A DNA stretch of 64,000 nucleotides, taken from positions 416,001 through 480,000 of the forward strand of contig OY761611.1 in assembly GCA_963664875.1 (NCBI GenBank), read 5' to 3'. Both the position numbers and the translations under genes were made by a program. Source of the stretch: Candidatus Kapaibacterium sp. (GTDB taxonomy: Bacteria; Bacteroidota; Ignavibacteria; Kapaibacteriales; UBA2268). A model generated the notes under the pieces. It was not told the DNA's origin and ran no database searches. It was given only the letters and a program-made list of their open reading frames with translations. This document shows, in pieces, positions 20,662 through 31,536 of the stretch (position 1 is its first letter; each line of letters starts with the position of its first letter).

Positions 20662-21324
20662 ATGAAACATCAGATAAAAATTGCACCTTCACTACTCTCA
20701 GCAAATTTTGCCAATTTGTCGAATGACATAGCACAATGCCAAGCGGCTAATGCTGAATTACTTCATATTGATGTAATGGATGGACATTTTGTACCTAACA
20801 TCACAATCGGACCTTTAGTAGTCGAAGCAATAAAGCCAATCACAAGTATTCCTTTAGATTGTCACTTAATGATTTCAGATCCTGATAAGTATGTGCCTGC
20901 TTTCGCAGAAGCCGGTGCAGACTTGATTTCTATTCACGTAGAAGCGACTCATCATTTGCATAGAAGCATTCAACTCATAAAAAGTTTCGACAAAAAAGCC
21001 GGAATAGTTCTAAACCCTATTACGCCTCTTAGCTTTGCATTTGAAGCTGCTGAATATTGTGATTTTATTATGCTTATGTCTGTCAATCCCGGATTTGGTG
21101 GACAAGGTTTTATAGATAGTTTTCTCAGAAGATGTAGCGAATTGAGAAGCTTTTTAGATAAAGAAGGGTTATCTCACGTTGAAATTGAAGTAGATGGCGG
21201 AGTCAAAAAAGACAATGTTAAACAAATCGCTGATTCAGGAGCTAATATGCTTGTCAGCGGTTCCGGAGTGTTTTCCGGAAATATAGTAGAAAACATCAAC
21301 CTACTTCGCCAGTTAGCACAGTAA
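20662..21324 (+). CDS. rpe: Ribulose-phosphate 3-epimerase
   Basis: IAPSLLSA, HIDVMDGHFVPN, MSVNPGFGGQ, EVDGG; start moved to ATG 20662. Confidence 0.95.
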   Translation: MKHQIKIAPSLLSANFANLSNDIAQCQAANAELLHIDVMDGHFVPNITIGPLVVEAIKPITSIPLDCHLMISDPDKYVPAFAEAGADLISIHVEATHHLHRSIQLIKSFDKKAGIVLNPITPLSFAFEAAEYCDFIMLMSVNPGFGGQGFIDSFLRRCSELRSFLDKEGLSHVEIEVDGGVKKDNVKQIADSGANMLVSGSGVFSGNIVENINLLRQLAQ

Positions 21325-21336
21325 AATAAATTTTAA

Positions 21337-21376
21337 TCCGGCAGAGATTTAATTTAAGATTCCAATCTCTGCCGGA
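21337..21376. terminator. Hairpin between convergent rpe and amidohydrolase genes
   Basis: TCCGGCAGAGATT...AATCTCTGCCGGA, 13-bp perfect stem. Confidence 0.7.
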
Positions 21377-21381
21377 AATGT

Positions 21382-22581
21382 TTATAAGTTAAAATATTTA
21401 TATGCCAGATAAGCTAAATTAGCTGTGCCAAGTAGCATGGCTTCTTCGCTTGGTGCTAATTTTGCGTTGTGAAGAGCAGGTAGTAATTTATCTTCGGGTT
21501 GCACACCCAAAAAGAAGAATGTAGATGGCACAGTTTGTGCAAAATAAGCAAAATCTTCTGCCCACATTTTAGGTTCAAACTCCAAAACATTCTTTTCACC
21601 AAAAACATCTTTGCTATGTAGCCTCACAAAATTAGTAGTTTCTTTTGAATTGTTTAGAGGTGGATAACCCTTTACAATATTTAATTCATAATCACAACCA
21701 TACAAGCCACAGATATGCTTAATTGTAGTTTCTATATGTTTGTGCATTTCAAAACGCCAAAGATTATTATAAGTTCTCAGAGTGCCTTTTAGTTGAGCGG
21801 AATCAGGAAAAATGTTAGTGGTATTGCCCGAATTGAATGAGGCAATAGTTAATACTCCCGGATCTAATGGATTTCTATGTTTAATCATAATAGATTGAAA
21901 AGCAATTACTATCTGAGCCGCTGTAAGAATAGGATCATTACCTAAATGTGGCTGAGCAGCATGCGAACCTTTACCTAAAATATTGATATAAATCTCATCC
22001 GTAGAAGCCATTGTAGGTCCTTCACACAGAGCAACAGTACTGAGCTTGCCTTGTGGGTCTATATGTTGCCCGAAAATAGCTTCAGGTTTTTTCACATCAA
22101 AAAGTCCCTCTTCAAGCATTACTTTTGCACCGCCCGGAAACTTCTCTTCAGCCGGTTGAAATATCAACATAACTGTTCCATTCAAATCTTGTTCTATTTC
22201 TTTGAGTAACTCAGCAGCTCCAAGTAGCATAGCTGTATGCATATCATGTCCACAGGCATGCATTACACCATCATTTTGGCTGGCATAATCAAGATTTGTT
22301 TCTTCAAAAATAGGCAGAGCATCTATATCGGCTCTAAGCGCAATACATTTTTCACCTTCTCCAACATAAGCGACTATGCCGGTTGGTTCGGCATCTTGGT
22401 TCTCAGGGTTTCTACCAATTCTTTTATATTTAATATCAAGTTCTTCCAGTCTATTTGCAATTAAATTTGATGTGTTGTGCTCAAAAAACGATAGTTCAGG
22501 ATTCTTGTGAATATTTCGTCTATAATCAACAACTGAACTGTATATATCATTAGCTTTTCTAATAAAATAATTGACATCCAT
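21382..22581 (-). CDS. M20D amidohydrolase
   Basis: HKNPELSF, RADIDALP, MHACGHD, FQPAEE, GSHAAQPH, AEDFAY; start at ATG 22581 preferred. Confidence 0.9.
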   Translation of the reverse strand: MDVNYFIRKANDIYSSVVDYRRNIHKNPELSFFEHNTSNLIANRLEELDIKYKRIGRNPENQDAEPTGIVAYVGEGEKCIALRADIDALPIFEETNLDYASQNDGVMHACGHDMHTAMLLGAAELLKEIEQDLNGTVMLIFQPAEEKFPGGAKVMLEEGLFDVKKPEAIFGQHIDPQGKLSTVALCEGPTMASTDEIYINILGKGSHAAQPHLGNDPILTAAQIVIAFQSIMIKHRNPLDPGVLTIASFNSGNTTNIFPDSAQLKGTLRTYNNLWRFEMHKHIETTIKHICGLYGCDYELNIVKGYPPLNNSKETTNFVRLHSKDVFGEKNVLEFEPKMWAEDFAYFAQTVPSTFFFLGVQPEDKLLPALHNAKLAPSEEAMLLGTANLAYLAYKYFNL

Positions 22582-22591
22582 AGAATCTTCC

Positions 22592-23407
22592 TTAGTAATC
22601 AAATTCAGAAATAATTTCAGCGGGACCTTCTAAAACTATGTAGTTTTCAACTTTACTCACCCAAAGTGACTCTTTTGAAGTTGGCACTATTTCGACAGGA
22701 AAATTGATAAGTTTACGTTTGAATGCAGAAAGAGCAGTTGAAATAGCCCCCGTACCACAAGCACCTGTTTCAGCTTCAACTCCCTTTTCAAATGTCCTTA
22801 ATAATATTTTATTAGAATCAACGACGGAATAGAGATTTACATTGACTCCTGTCGGTAAAAATGCTTGATGTTGGCGAATTGGAAGCGCCATTTTAATAAT
22901 ATCTAAATTAACAATATCATTCTCTAAGTCAGAAATGAGATTTATACATGTATGTTGAGTGCCCACATCGAAATAATCATAATCAATAGGAGCATTGTCA
23001 ATATTTAGTTTTTGAAAAAGCAATTCTTTACTTGGTGATTCAAAATAAATTGCAATACCTTTTTCGGTAAATTCTGCGGTATAAGATTTATTAGCCATAG
23101 AAAATATTACTTTCGTTTGATTCTCAGTTATTAGACCTTTAAATCTCGCAAAAAACACGGCACATCTACCACCATTGCCACACATCATACCTGTGGAACC
23201 ATCAGGATTGTAATAAGTAACAAGAAAATCGGCATTATCTGATTTTTCTATTGACATTACTCCTTCTATTATAAAATCAGATTGGTAATCAGCTATCAAT
23301 ATTTTTACGTAATCATCTAAAAGTGATTGGTTATATAAAAATTCCGGTCTTACAAAAACTAAAAATTTGTTACCTGCACCACTCATATAACTTATTTTAT
23401 TTTTCAT
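22592..23407 (-). CDS. dapF: Diaminopimelate epimerase
   Basis: GAGNKF, NPDGS..MCGNGGRC, RTFEKGVEAETGACGTG (both catalytic Cys present). Confidence 0.9.
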   Translation of the reverse strand: MKNKISYMSGAGNKFLVFVRPEFLYNQSLLDDYVKILIADYQSDFIIEGVMSIEKSDNADFLVTYYNPDGSTGMMCGNGGRCAVFFARFKGLITENQTKVIFSMANKSYTAEFTEKGIAIYFESPSKELLFQKLNIDNAPIDYDYFDVGTQHTCINLISDLENDIVNLDIIKMALPIRQHQAFLPTGVNVNLYSVVDSNKILLRTFEKGVEAETGACGTGAISTALSAFKRKLINFPVEIVPTSKESLWVSKVENYIVLEGPAEIISEFDY

Positions 23408-24200
23408 GGCAACCACTTGCACAAATATTTAGTACTGAAGATGCTTTAGAGTGAATCAATCCATTAGATGCTAAAATTGTTTGTTCGTAAACAGAGTATT
23501 GCGAATTATCAAATTGTGTAACCTTTCCGCCTGCTTCTTCAACTATCAAATAACCGGCAGCTACATCCCAAGGCTTGAGTTCTAATTCCCAAAATGCGTC
23601 GAATCTACCACATGCTACATAAGCTAAATCTAAAGCTGCAGAGCCTAATCGTCGAACCGGAATGCCTTGCTGAACAATACTAACAAACAAGTCAACACAA
23701 TTGCAAGGATTTTCTGATACATTATAGGGAAATCCGGTTACAAGGAAAGCTCTTTTGAAGTCATTAGTAGAAGAGACGGTAATGCGGTCTGCATTTAAGT
23801 ATGCACCTTTATCTTTTTCAGCCCAGAACAGTTCATCTAAAATAGGTTGGTATATAGCTCCTGCGATGATTTCTCCTTTTAATTCTGCTGCAATAGAAAC
23901 ACTAAAAATGGGGATACCGTGAGCAAAATTTACTGTACCATCGAGAGGATCTATAATCCAATTTATCTCTTCAGAATTAATCTCACCTGATTTACCTGAT
24001 TCTTCTGCATGAATAGAAGAATTTGGATAATACTTATTTATTTGAGAAATAATATATTGTTCTGATTTATGGTCAAATTCTGTAACCAAGTTATTGACAG
24101 CGTCTTTGCTTGAAATTCTAAAATTAGTTCCGTAACCTGCTTTTAAAATATCGCCTGCATTTTTGGCAGTATTTTTAATAAATTCGATAAGCGAAAGCAT
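23397..24200 (-). CDS. suhB: Inositol monophosphatase family protein
   Basis: WIIDPLDGTVNFAHG, RRLGSAALDL, WDVAAG. Confidence 0.9.
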   Translation of the reverse strand: MLSLIEFIKNTAKNAGDILKAGYGTNFRISSKDAVNNLVTEFDHKSEQYIISQINKYYPNSSIHAEESGKSGEINSEEINWIIDPLDGTVNFAHGIPIFSVSIAAELKGEIIAGAIYQPILDELFWAEKDKGAYLNADRITVSSTNDFKRAFLVTGFPYNVSENPCNCVDLFVSIVQQGIPVRRLGSAALDLAYVACGRFDAFWELELKPWDVAAGYLIVEEAGGKVTQFDNSQYSVYEQTILASNGLIHSKASSVLNICASGCHEK

Positions 24201-24327
24201 TTATACCTCTATAAAAATAGTTTTACTCAAATATACCAATAATTGAACAAAAGAATGTTAAACGGGTAATAAAATTGGAAATTTTATTATCTTTGTATCT
24301 TATTCAAATACTTCACAGCAAAGGCTT

Positions 24328-25947
24328 ATGAGAAATCTTATTTTACTCTTTTCGATTTTGCTATTATCAACTGAATCATTTGCTCAATTAGATAATTCTT
24401 TCATAACAGGTGCAACAAAAAAAGAAGTTGACACCTTGTCCTATGAATACATGAAAGAAAATGTCAAACTTAACGAAGGTTTACTCGAACGCGAAATAGA
24501 TCCTGACTTATATATAGTGGGACCGAATGATATCTTTTCAATACTTATCAATACTTCTAAAACCATTCAATTCAAAACTCCAATCTCACCCAGCGGCGAA
24601 ATATTGCTCAGAGGAATTGGAGGGGTTGATTTGAAGGGATGTACATTAAACGAATCAATTAAAAGAATAAAAGCAAAGATAAAGTCTGTTTATTCTACAG
24701 ATGAAGTTTATGTTGTCTTAGAAGATATTAGAAAGTTTAAAGTTGTAGTAAGCGGTGCGGTCGGCAAACCATCAACGGTGCAGGCAACATCTGCTGAAAG
24801 AGTAAATGAAGCAATAGACAAAGCTGGCGGATTGAAATATAACGCTTCACTTAGAAATATTACCCTTTATAGAGATAAAGACAATAAACGTATTAAAGTC
24901 GATTTACTACGTTTTTATAAGTTAGGAGAAAAAGATAAAAATCCAATTCTTCTAGGGGGAGATCATATTATCGTAGCACCTAGTGCTGATAACGTTTCTA
25001 TTGGCATTTTTGGAGAAGTCCCTGCAGAAGGCGAATTTGAATTCTTAGAAGGAGATTCTCTTTCTACCTTGATAAAATTTGCTCAGGGTTTTCTTCCCAG
25101 CTCAAATCTTGATTCAGTAGAATTAGTACGCATAAATGAAACAGGTATTGAATATAATTACCTCAATCTCAACGAATGGAAAAAGCAATTATACAGCGGA
25201 AAATCTCTAAATCAAGATGTTGCTCTTCAGGCAGGAGACAGAGTCTTTATCCGCAAAAAATATAACTGGGCAGAATCACAGTACGCTATGATTAGTGGTG
25301 AAATTTTATATCCCGGCAAGTATGCGATTGATGAAAAGCAAGACAGAGTTTATGATCTTATCAAAAGAGCCGGAGGATTCACAGATAAAGCCTCTTTAGA
25401 TCATATTGAGTTTATTCGTCAGGAAGAAATGGAAATAAAGGACTTAGAAATGGAACGTCTAAGTAAAATGATTCCATCTGAAATGTCGGAAAGTGAATCT
25501 CGCTATTTTCAAGCAAAAAAAACTGAAAAGAAAGGCTCAATGGCCATTGATTTTAACGAAATCATGAGAGATCCTTCCAGCATAAACAACATTATGCTTA
25601 GAAGTAAAGACTCTATCATTGTTTCTAAAAAGAAATATCATATCAATGTCCAAGGACGTGTGAATAACCCTGGTCTAATAACTTATCAAGAAGGTTTCAG
25701 TTATCTTGACTATATCAATTCTGCAGGGGGCTTTGGTTTTAGAGCTGATGAGGGAGAGACTATTATTACCAAACCTCGCGGTGAGCAATTCCTTGCAGAA
25801 AACATGGATTACAAACTCGAATCCGGTGATGTTATCCTTGTACCACCTGAAAAAGAGTATTCTTATACAGAATTGTTTACCACAACATTAACTGTTATAA
25901 CACAACTTATATCAATTGCTGCAATAGTTATTACAATATCGAAATAG
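24328..25947 (+). CDS. Polysaccharide export protein with multiple SLBB domains (Wza/KpsD-like)
   Basis: Signal peptide; YIVGPND; repeated G(A/E)VxxP...AGG SLBB modules. Confidence 0.85.
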   Translation: MRNLILLFSILLLSTESFAQLDNSFITGATKKEVDTLSYEYMKENVKLNEGLLEREIDPDLYIVGPNDIFSILINTSKTIQFKTPISPSGEILLRGIGGVDLKGCTLNESIKRIKAKIKSVYSTDEVYVVLEDIRKFKVVVSGAVGKPSTVQATSAERVNEAIDKAGGLKYNASLRNITLYRDKDNKRIKVDLLRFYKLGEKDKNPILLGGDHIIVAPSADNVSIGIFGEVPAEGEFEFLEGDSLSTLIKFAQGFLPSSNLDSVELVRINETGIEYNYLNLNEWKKQLYSGKSLNQDVALQAGDRVFIRKKYNWAESQYAMISGEILYPGKYAIDEKQDRVYDLIKRAGGFTDKASLDHIEFIRQEEMEIKDLEMERLSKMIPSEMSESESRYFQAKKTEKKGSMAIDFNEIMRDPSSINNIMLRSKDSIIVSKKKYHINVQGRVNNPGLITYQEGFSYLDYINSAGGFGFRADEGETIITKPRGEQFLAENMDYKLESGDVILVPPEKEYSYTELFTTTLTVITQLISIAAIVITISK

Positions 25948-25952
25948 TAAAT

Positions 25953-27137
25953 ATGAAAGACAATGTATTAAGCTTATCTCTAATAATGAGATTATTCAAA
26001 AAAGAAAAAAAGAAGATTGCCATAATTGTTTTATCTTTTACAACAATTATGCTGATAGTTAGCTATTTTCTTCCTCATAAATATGAATCTTATGCTACTC
26101 TAATGCCTCCATCAAATAAAGAAGGAAGTGGGCTTTCTTCTTTCCTACAATCTTTTGCAGGAGGAGCTGGAGGTATTATGTTAGGAGGGGTGGGTAAATC
26201 TAATCAGTCAAATGTGTTTGCAGATATGTTAAAGAGCAGAACAATCTCAAGATATATAAATAAAAAACTAAAATTAACTGATTATACACCATATCGAGAC
26301 TTTGAAAACGAGATAGCAATGTTTGATTTTATTAGTGAAAACATTGATGTTGTTGTTGAGAAAACAAGTGGTATTATCAGTGTTTATTCTGTATCTGAAA
26401 CAGGATACTTCCCAGGTGAAAACGACAAATTACTTTCTTCTAAGTTATCAGCCGAAATTGCAAATACAGCAATCGAAGCTTTAGACTACTTTTTAAGACA
26501 TAAAAGTATAAGTACTGCTAAACAGACAAAAGAATATATAGAAAACGAAATAAATAATTATAAGATTCAGTTAAACACAATAGAATCTCAGATGGAAAAA
26601 TTCCAATCAGAACATAAAGTGCTTGCTATAGAAGAGCAAACTACTGCGATAGTCCAACAAGCAATAGAAGTAGGTAAAGAACTTGCTGAAGCAAAAGTAG
26701 AACTTGCTGTTCTATCTAATGAGCTCAATCCAAATTCTGCTCAAATTAAAGCTATCAAAGATAAAGTTCTAACATTGCAAAATCAATACGAAAGTATTCA
26801 AACAGGTGGACTTGTCGAATCCGATGCTTTTGCATTTCCTTTAAAACAAGTACCAACTTTGCTAAAAGAATACGCAAGATTGCTAAGGGAAAGGAAAGTG
26901 TTAGAGCAGGTTACACTATATTTGGAAACACAAAGACATCAGGAAGCAATTCAGGAAAAGAAAGATATTCCTATTGTTGAAGTGCTTGATAAAGCAGAAG
27001 TTCCTTATAAAAGGATTGCCCCTTCCAGAAAAATTATTGCTATTCTTTCTTTTTCTCTTTCTTTACTAGTTGCTCTTGGATATGTTTTAATGAGAGCTTA
27101 CAAACAAGGAAGTATAATAATAGAAAGAGAAGGTTAG
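25953..27137 (+). CDS. Polysaccharide chain-length determinant (Wzz/Wzc-N family)
   Basis: N- and C-terminal TM helices, central coiled coil, VLDKAEVP...PSR. Confidence 0.85.
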   Translation: MKDNVLSLSLIMRLFKKEKKKIAIIVLSFTTIMLIVSYFLPHKYESYATLMPPSNKEGSGLSSFLQSFAGGAGGIMLGGVGKSNQSNVFADMLKSRTISRYINKKLKLTDYTPYRDFENEIAMFDFISENIDVVVEKTSGIISVYSVSETGYFPGENDKLLSSKLSAEIANTAIEALDYFLRHKSISTAKQTKEYIENEINNYKIQLNTIESQMEKFQSEHKVLAIEEQTTAIVQQAIEVGKELAEAKVELAVLSNELNPNSAQIKAIKDKVLTLQNQYESIQTGGLVESDAFAFPLKQVPTLLKEYARLLRERKVLEQVTLYLETQRHQEAIQEKKDIPIVEVLDKAEVPYKRIAPSRKIIAILSFSLSLLVALGYVLMRAYKQGSIIIEREG

Positions 27138-27145
27138 ACTGCAAT

Positions 27146-27757
27146 TTAATCGACGATTTTATTTTTTTCTTTTACAATTTGATGTTTGAGGTAGGTTATT
27201 CTCACATTATCACTGATATTAGCTAAGGGTAAATAAATGTCATCTATTTGCTTTAGTTTGATATGCGGTCTAAATTGCGGAGTATTGTCTAAGCTACGCA
27301 TTTTTTCCAATTGTTCTGCAAGAGCAAGAATTAGAATATCATCTCCCGGAATTTTTGTAACGTTTGAATTTTTGTAAGTATATTCTTTTGGGATTTGTTT
27401 TATTTCTTGTTTCTGGACATTTAACAAATCTAAAAGAAATGCAACATATGGACCAAAATTATAATCAATAATATCTTCAGACAACAAATCTTCGCTCTCG
27501 TATATATCATGCAACAAACATGATATAATCAAATCTGTATCGTATAGGTTTAGCTCTTCAAGTATTATTCCGCAAACTCTGGTCGAATGATGAAAGTATG
27601 GGATACCATCATGCTCGCATCTGTTTTCATATACTTCCTGCATCATTTCGTATGCCGAAACTATTTTATTTATGTCAAAACAATTGACTTTGCCTTGAAG
27701 TGCCGAAGTGATTTGATCTATGCTATAAAATTTTTTATTGTACATCTGGACTACCAT
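27146..27757 (-). CDS. Stand-alone RelA/SpoT-type HD domain protein with degenerate motifs
   Basis: DGIPYFHH, CLLHDIYE, FGPYVA, IYLPLA; LAEQLEKMRSL in place of LADRLHNMRTL. Confidence 0.7.
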   Translation of the reverse strand: MVVQMYNKKFYSIDQITSALQGKVNCFDINKIVSAYEMMQEVYENRCEHDGIPYFHHSTRVCGIILEELNLYDTDLIISCLLHDIYESEDLLSEDIIDYNFGPYVAFLLDLLNVQKQEIKQIPKEYTYKNSNVTKIPGDDILILALAEQLEKMRSLDNTPQFRPHIKLKQIDDIYLPLANISDNVRITYLKHQIVKEKNKIVD

Positions 27758-27806
27758 TAGAAATCAAAACAGTATGAAAAGATACGCTAAGATAATATTT
27801 TTATTT

Positions 27807-29510
27807 TTAATTTTCAGTCAGTTCTTTAGCTGTCTGCAAAATATTGTCACTAATATTGCCCGATCCTAACATTTTAGCAACCTCAGTTAGTAATTCATTC
27901 TTATCTAAAATGCGTGATATAGAGAAGGTGTTACCGTCTATTTCTGATTTTTCTATATAAATTGGGTTGTCAGCTAATGCAGCTAATTGCGGTTGATGTG
28001 AGATAGCAATTATTTGAATTGACTTAGAAAGCGATTTCATTCTGTCTGCTACTTTCTTTGCAATCTGACCGCTGATGCCTGTATCTATCTCGTCAAATAT
28101 CATTAGTGGCATATTATCTTTTTGAGCTAAATGAGATTTGATTGCAAGCATTATTCGAGAGATTTCCCCACCGGAGGCAACTTCTGACAAAGGCTTAGGT
28201 TCTTGACCTAAATTCGTAGATATATAAAACTCAAGTTGAGTAACACCATTTACAAAAGGAGTAAAGTAGTCATGTCCGGAAACGGCACAAAAGAGAATCT
28301 CTGAATTTGCTTCCCTTTTGTTAGAGATAATATCAAAATTTGGATTTTTTATACCTAAATCCATCAGAGTGTTTTCAACTGCAAATTTTAGCTTTTTGAA
28401 AACTAAAAGACGATCAGTCAGTAAAAGTGTATCTTTATCAGTAATTTCATTCTGAAGCACTCTAATGTTCTTAAACATGTCATTGAGTTTTTCAGTGTAA
28501 TTTTCAGAATCCTCCAATTCAGATTGCAAATCAGGGATTGACGCTATGAGAAGGTCGAGTGAACCGAATTTTTTTTGTAGATTTTTAAGCGAGAATATTC
28601 TTTTACGAATTTCTTCGGCTCTGAATTCGTCTGATTTTATATCATCTTTATAATCAGCTATCGCTGTATTTATTTCTTTGAGTGAGATGATATTTGATTC
28701 TAATTCATCGCAGTACTGGACTAATTCTTTATTATACTCTGATAATGTTGTGATTTGTTTTTGTATATCTCTGAGTTTATCTATAATAGCACCCTCTGAG
28801 TTGTATAGAGCATAGTTGACTTCATAGCAAGAGTTTTTAAGGAATTCTGCATTTTCGATTACTTCAAGCTCTTTTTCTAAATCTTCAAGTTCTCCTTTTT
28901 TCGGGTTTATACTTAATATCTCTTCGAGTTTGAATTTAACTAAGTGTTCTCTTTCTTTTAGATCAATTTCTTTCTGTTTGAATTCAAAATATTCGTCACA
29001 TAATTTTTTAAGTTTTAGATATGTGTTTTTATACGATACTATAAGCTCAGATTCAACCCCACATAAGTCGAGTAGTGAGACATGATTTCCGGAAGATAAA
29101 AGTGTGTAACTATCGTGTTGGGCATGGAAATCTAAAAGATAGCCTGATACTTCCCTAAGAAGTTTGTTTGTAACAGGAGTATCATTTATAAAAGCACGGC
29201 TGTTACCATTTACATTGAGCTCTCTTCTCAAAATCAAATCATCTTGCAGAATTTCAATATCATTTTTTCTCAGTATATCGAGTATAATAGTATTTTCAGA
29301 GTTTTCAAAAATGGCTTCGATAATAGACTTTGACTCGCCAATTCTAATAATATCTGTTGTTGCCCTTGCACCTGCAACAATATTTAATGCACTGATAATC
29401 AAAGATTTGCCAGCACCTGTTTCACCTAAAAGCACGTTGAGACCTTTGGCGAAGAAGATAGATTGTTCTCTAATAATAGCAAAATTCTTTATGTATAGTG
29501 ATTTTAGCAT
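27807..29510 (-). CDS. recN: DNA repair protein RecN
   Basis: GETGAGKS, ASGGEISRIMLA, IFDEIDTGISG, ISHQPQ. Confidence 0.95.
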   Translation of the reverse strand: MLKSLYIKNFAIIREQSIFFAKGLNVLLGETGAGKSLIISALNIVAGARATTDIIRIGESKSIIEAIFENSENTIILDILRKNDIEILQDDLILRRELNVNGNSRAFINDTPVTNKLLREVSGYLLDFHAQHDSYTLLSSGNHVSLLDLCGVESELIVSYKNTYLKLKKLCDEYFEFKQKEIDLKEREHLVKFKLEEILSINPKKGELEDLEKELEVIENAEFLKNSCYEVNYALYNSEGAIIDKLRDIQKQITTLSEYNKELVQYCDELESNIISLKEINTAIADYKDDIKSDEFRAEEIRKRIFSLKNLQKKFGSLDLLIASIPDLQSELEDSENYTEKLNDMFKNIRVLQNEITDKDTLLLTDRLLVFKKLKFAVENTLMDLGIKNPNFDIISNKREANSEILFCAVSGHDYFTPFVNGVTQLEFYISTNLGQEPKPLSEVASGGEISRIMLAIKSHLAQKDNMPLMIFDEIDTGISGQIAKKVADRMKSLSKSIQIIAISHQPQLAALADNPIYIEKSEIDGNTFSISRILDKNELLTEVAKMLGSGNISDNILQTAKELTEN

Positions 29511-29646
29511 TTGTTTCCCTTTGCGATATTACTATGCAAATATAACATAAGTCAATCTGACACGGAAAATATTGTTAATGATAAAATACGAATATTTTTA
29601 GTATTTTTGGAATCTATTGTATTTGTGGGATTTAGCAAAGACGAAT

Positions 29647-31452
29647 ATGAATTTTACTTTCAAAAATATACCTGATATGTTTTATAGAGTTTGTGACCGT
29701 TATGATGATAAAGTCGCCTTCAGGTTTAAAGAAAACGGAAAATGGCAAGACTTAACTTATAGTCGATTAGTTGAATTAGTAGAGTCTTTTGCTCTTGCCT
29801 TATTAGAGCTTGGTATCAGGAAAGGAGACCGAGTCGGTTTTGTTTCTGAAAACAGAATCGAATGGATTATTTCCAATTTTGCGGTTTCTTTGATAGGAGC
29901 TGTTGATGTTCCCATATTTCCAATATTGACAGCAAAACAAGAAGAATATATATTTTCAAATTGCGGTGTTTCATGTCTGATTGTCTCTAACAATTTTCAG
30001 CTAAATAAAGTAATGCAATTTAAAGATGATTTAGAGACATTACGTCAGATTATTGTTTTGAATGACGATTTCACAACTCAAGATCCAGCAGTCCGCTCCT
30101 ACAAAGATATGGTTGCAAGGGGGCTTGAATTAAGACCCAATCATGGCAGAGAATACTTTGATAAAAAAATAAATAAGATTGCATCCGACGATTTATTGAC
30201 TCTAATCTATACTAGTGGCACTACAGGCGACCCCAAGGGTGTTATGCTTACGCACGGCAATCTTTGTTCAAATATTAAGGACGCAAATGCTGTATTTGGA
30301 AATTTGGAACAACACACTACGCTTCTGTTTTTGCCTTTGTGCCATGCTTATGAAAGAACATCAGGTTTCTATACTTTGTTTTCTGGCGGGGCACAAATCA
30401 ATATGGCAGAATCCATTGATGTAGTTGCTTCAAATCTCAGAGAAGTATCACCTACAATAATGACATCTGTACCAAAATTGTTAGAAACAATAAAGAAAAA
30501 GATATTTCACGCTATGAGCAAAGAAACACCTTCAAAACAAAAAGTCTTTAATTGGGCTGTTGAAGTGGGATCAAAATATGTAAGAAACAAGTTAGACGGA
30601 AAAAACTCAATTACCCTAAAGGCACAATATAAAATAGCGGACAAGTTAGTATTCTCAAAGTTACGAGATAGAGTTGGTGGGAGATTGAACCGAATTATTT
30701 CCGGTGGTGCTGCTCTTGCTGATGATGTATATGAATTTTTTATGGCGATGGGAGTTAATGTTCAGCAAGGATACGGCCTAACAGAGGCATCTCCGGTGGT
30801 TGCAGTAAACAGAATAGACAATATTGAAATTGGTACTATAGGAACTCCTTTTAACTCCGTTGAAGTGAAAATTGCAGAAGATGGAGAAATTTTAGTCAAA
30901 GGCCCTAATGTGATGAAAGGTTATTGGAATGACATCGCAGCTACTAAAGAAGCAATAGATAGTGATGGCTGGCTACATACAGGTGATGTTGGGCAGTTTA
31001 CGAAAAAAGGAAATCTCAAAATTACTGACAGAAAGAAATACATTTTTGTAAATAGCGGCGGAAAAAATATAGCTCCACAGCCAATAGAAAACGTATTAGC
31101 TCAATCAAGGTATATTGATCACTGTATGTTGATAGGGGACATGAGAGAATATATTACTGCACTTATTACTCCTGACTTTGTTCAGCTTAAAGAATTGGCA
31201 GAAGAGTTTGGAATCACTTATTCGAATGAGACTGAGCTCATTAGTAATGATAGAATTGTTAAGCATATCAAGAAAGAGATAGATTACCTACAAAAAGATT
31301 TTGCAAAATTTGAACGTATAAGAAAGTTTTCTTTGCTTTCTAAGCCATTCACTGTCGAAGACGGGGAGCTTTCTCCAAAGATGAGTGTTAAGAGGCATGT
31401 TGTCGAACAAAAATATTCAGATATGATTGACGATATGTATAAAGGTTCCTAA
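29647..31452 (+). CDS. Long-chain fatty acid-CoA ligase (AMP-dependent)
   Basis: IYTSGTTGDPKG, QGYGLTE, WLHTGD, ITDRKK; start moved to ATG 29647. Confidence 0.9.
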   Translation: MNFTFKNIPDMFYRVCDRYDDKVAFRFKENGKWQDLTYSRLVELVESFALALLELGIRKGDRVGFVSENRIEWIISNFAVSLIGAVDVPIFPILTAKQEEYIFSNCGVSCLIVSNNFQLNKVMQFKDDLETLRQIIVLNDDFTTQDPAVRSYKDMVARGLELRPNHGREYFDKKINKIASDDLLTLIYTSGTTGDPKGVMLTHGNLCSNIKDANAVFGNLEQHTTLLFLPLCHAYERTSGFYTLFSGGAQINMAESIDVVASNLREVSPTIMTSVPKLLETIKKKIFHAMSKETPSKQKVFNWAVEVGSKYVRNKLDGKNSITLKAQYKIADKLVFSKLRDRVGGRLNRIISGGAALADDVYEFFMAMGVNVQQGYGLTEASPVVAVNRIDNIEIGTIGTPFNSVEVKIAEDGEILVKGPNVMKGYWNDIAATKEAIDSDGWLHTGDVGQFTKKGNLKITDRKKYIFVNSGGKNIAPQPIENVLAQSRYIDHCMLIGDMREYITALITPDFVQLKELAEEFGITYSNETELISNDRIVKHIKKEIDYLQKDFAKFERIRKFSLLSKPFTVEDGELSPKMSVKRHVVEQKYSDMIDDMYKGS

Positions 31453-31459
31453 ATTTTAA

Positions 31460-31494
31460 AAAAGAGGCAATAATATATTTTTATTGCCTCTTTT
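31460..31494. terminator. Bidirectional terminator
   Basis: AAAAGAGGCAATAA...TTATTGCCTCTTTT between convergent genes. Confidence 0.8.
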
Positions 31495-31536
31495 AAAAAT
31501 CAAAATAGTTGTAAAGATGTTCTTTCAAAAATAATA

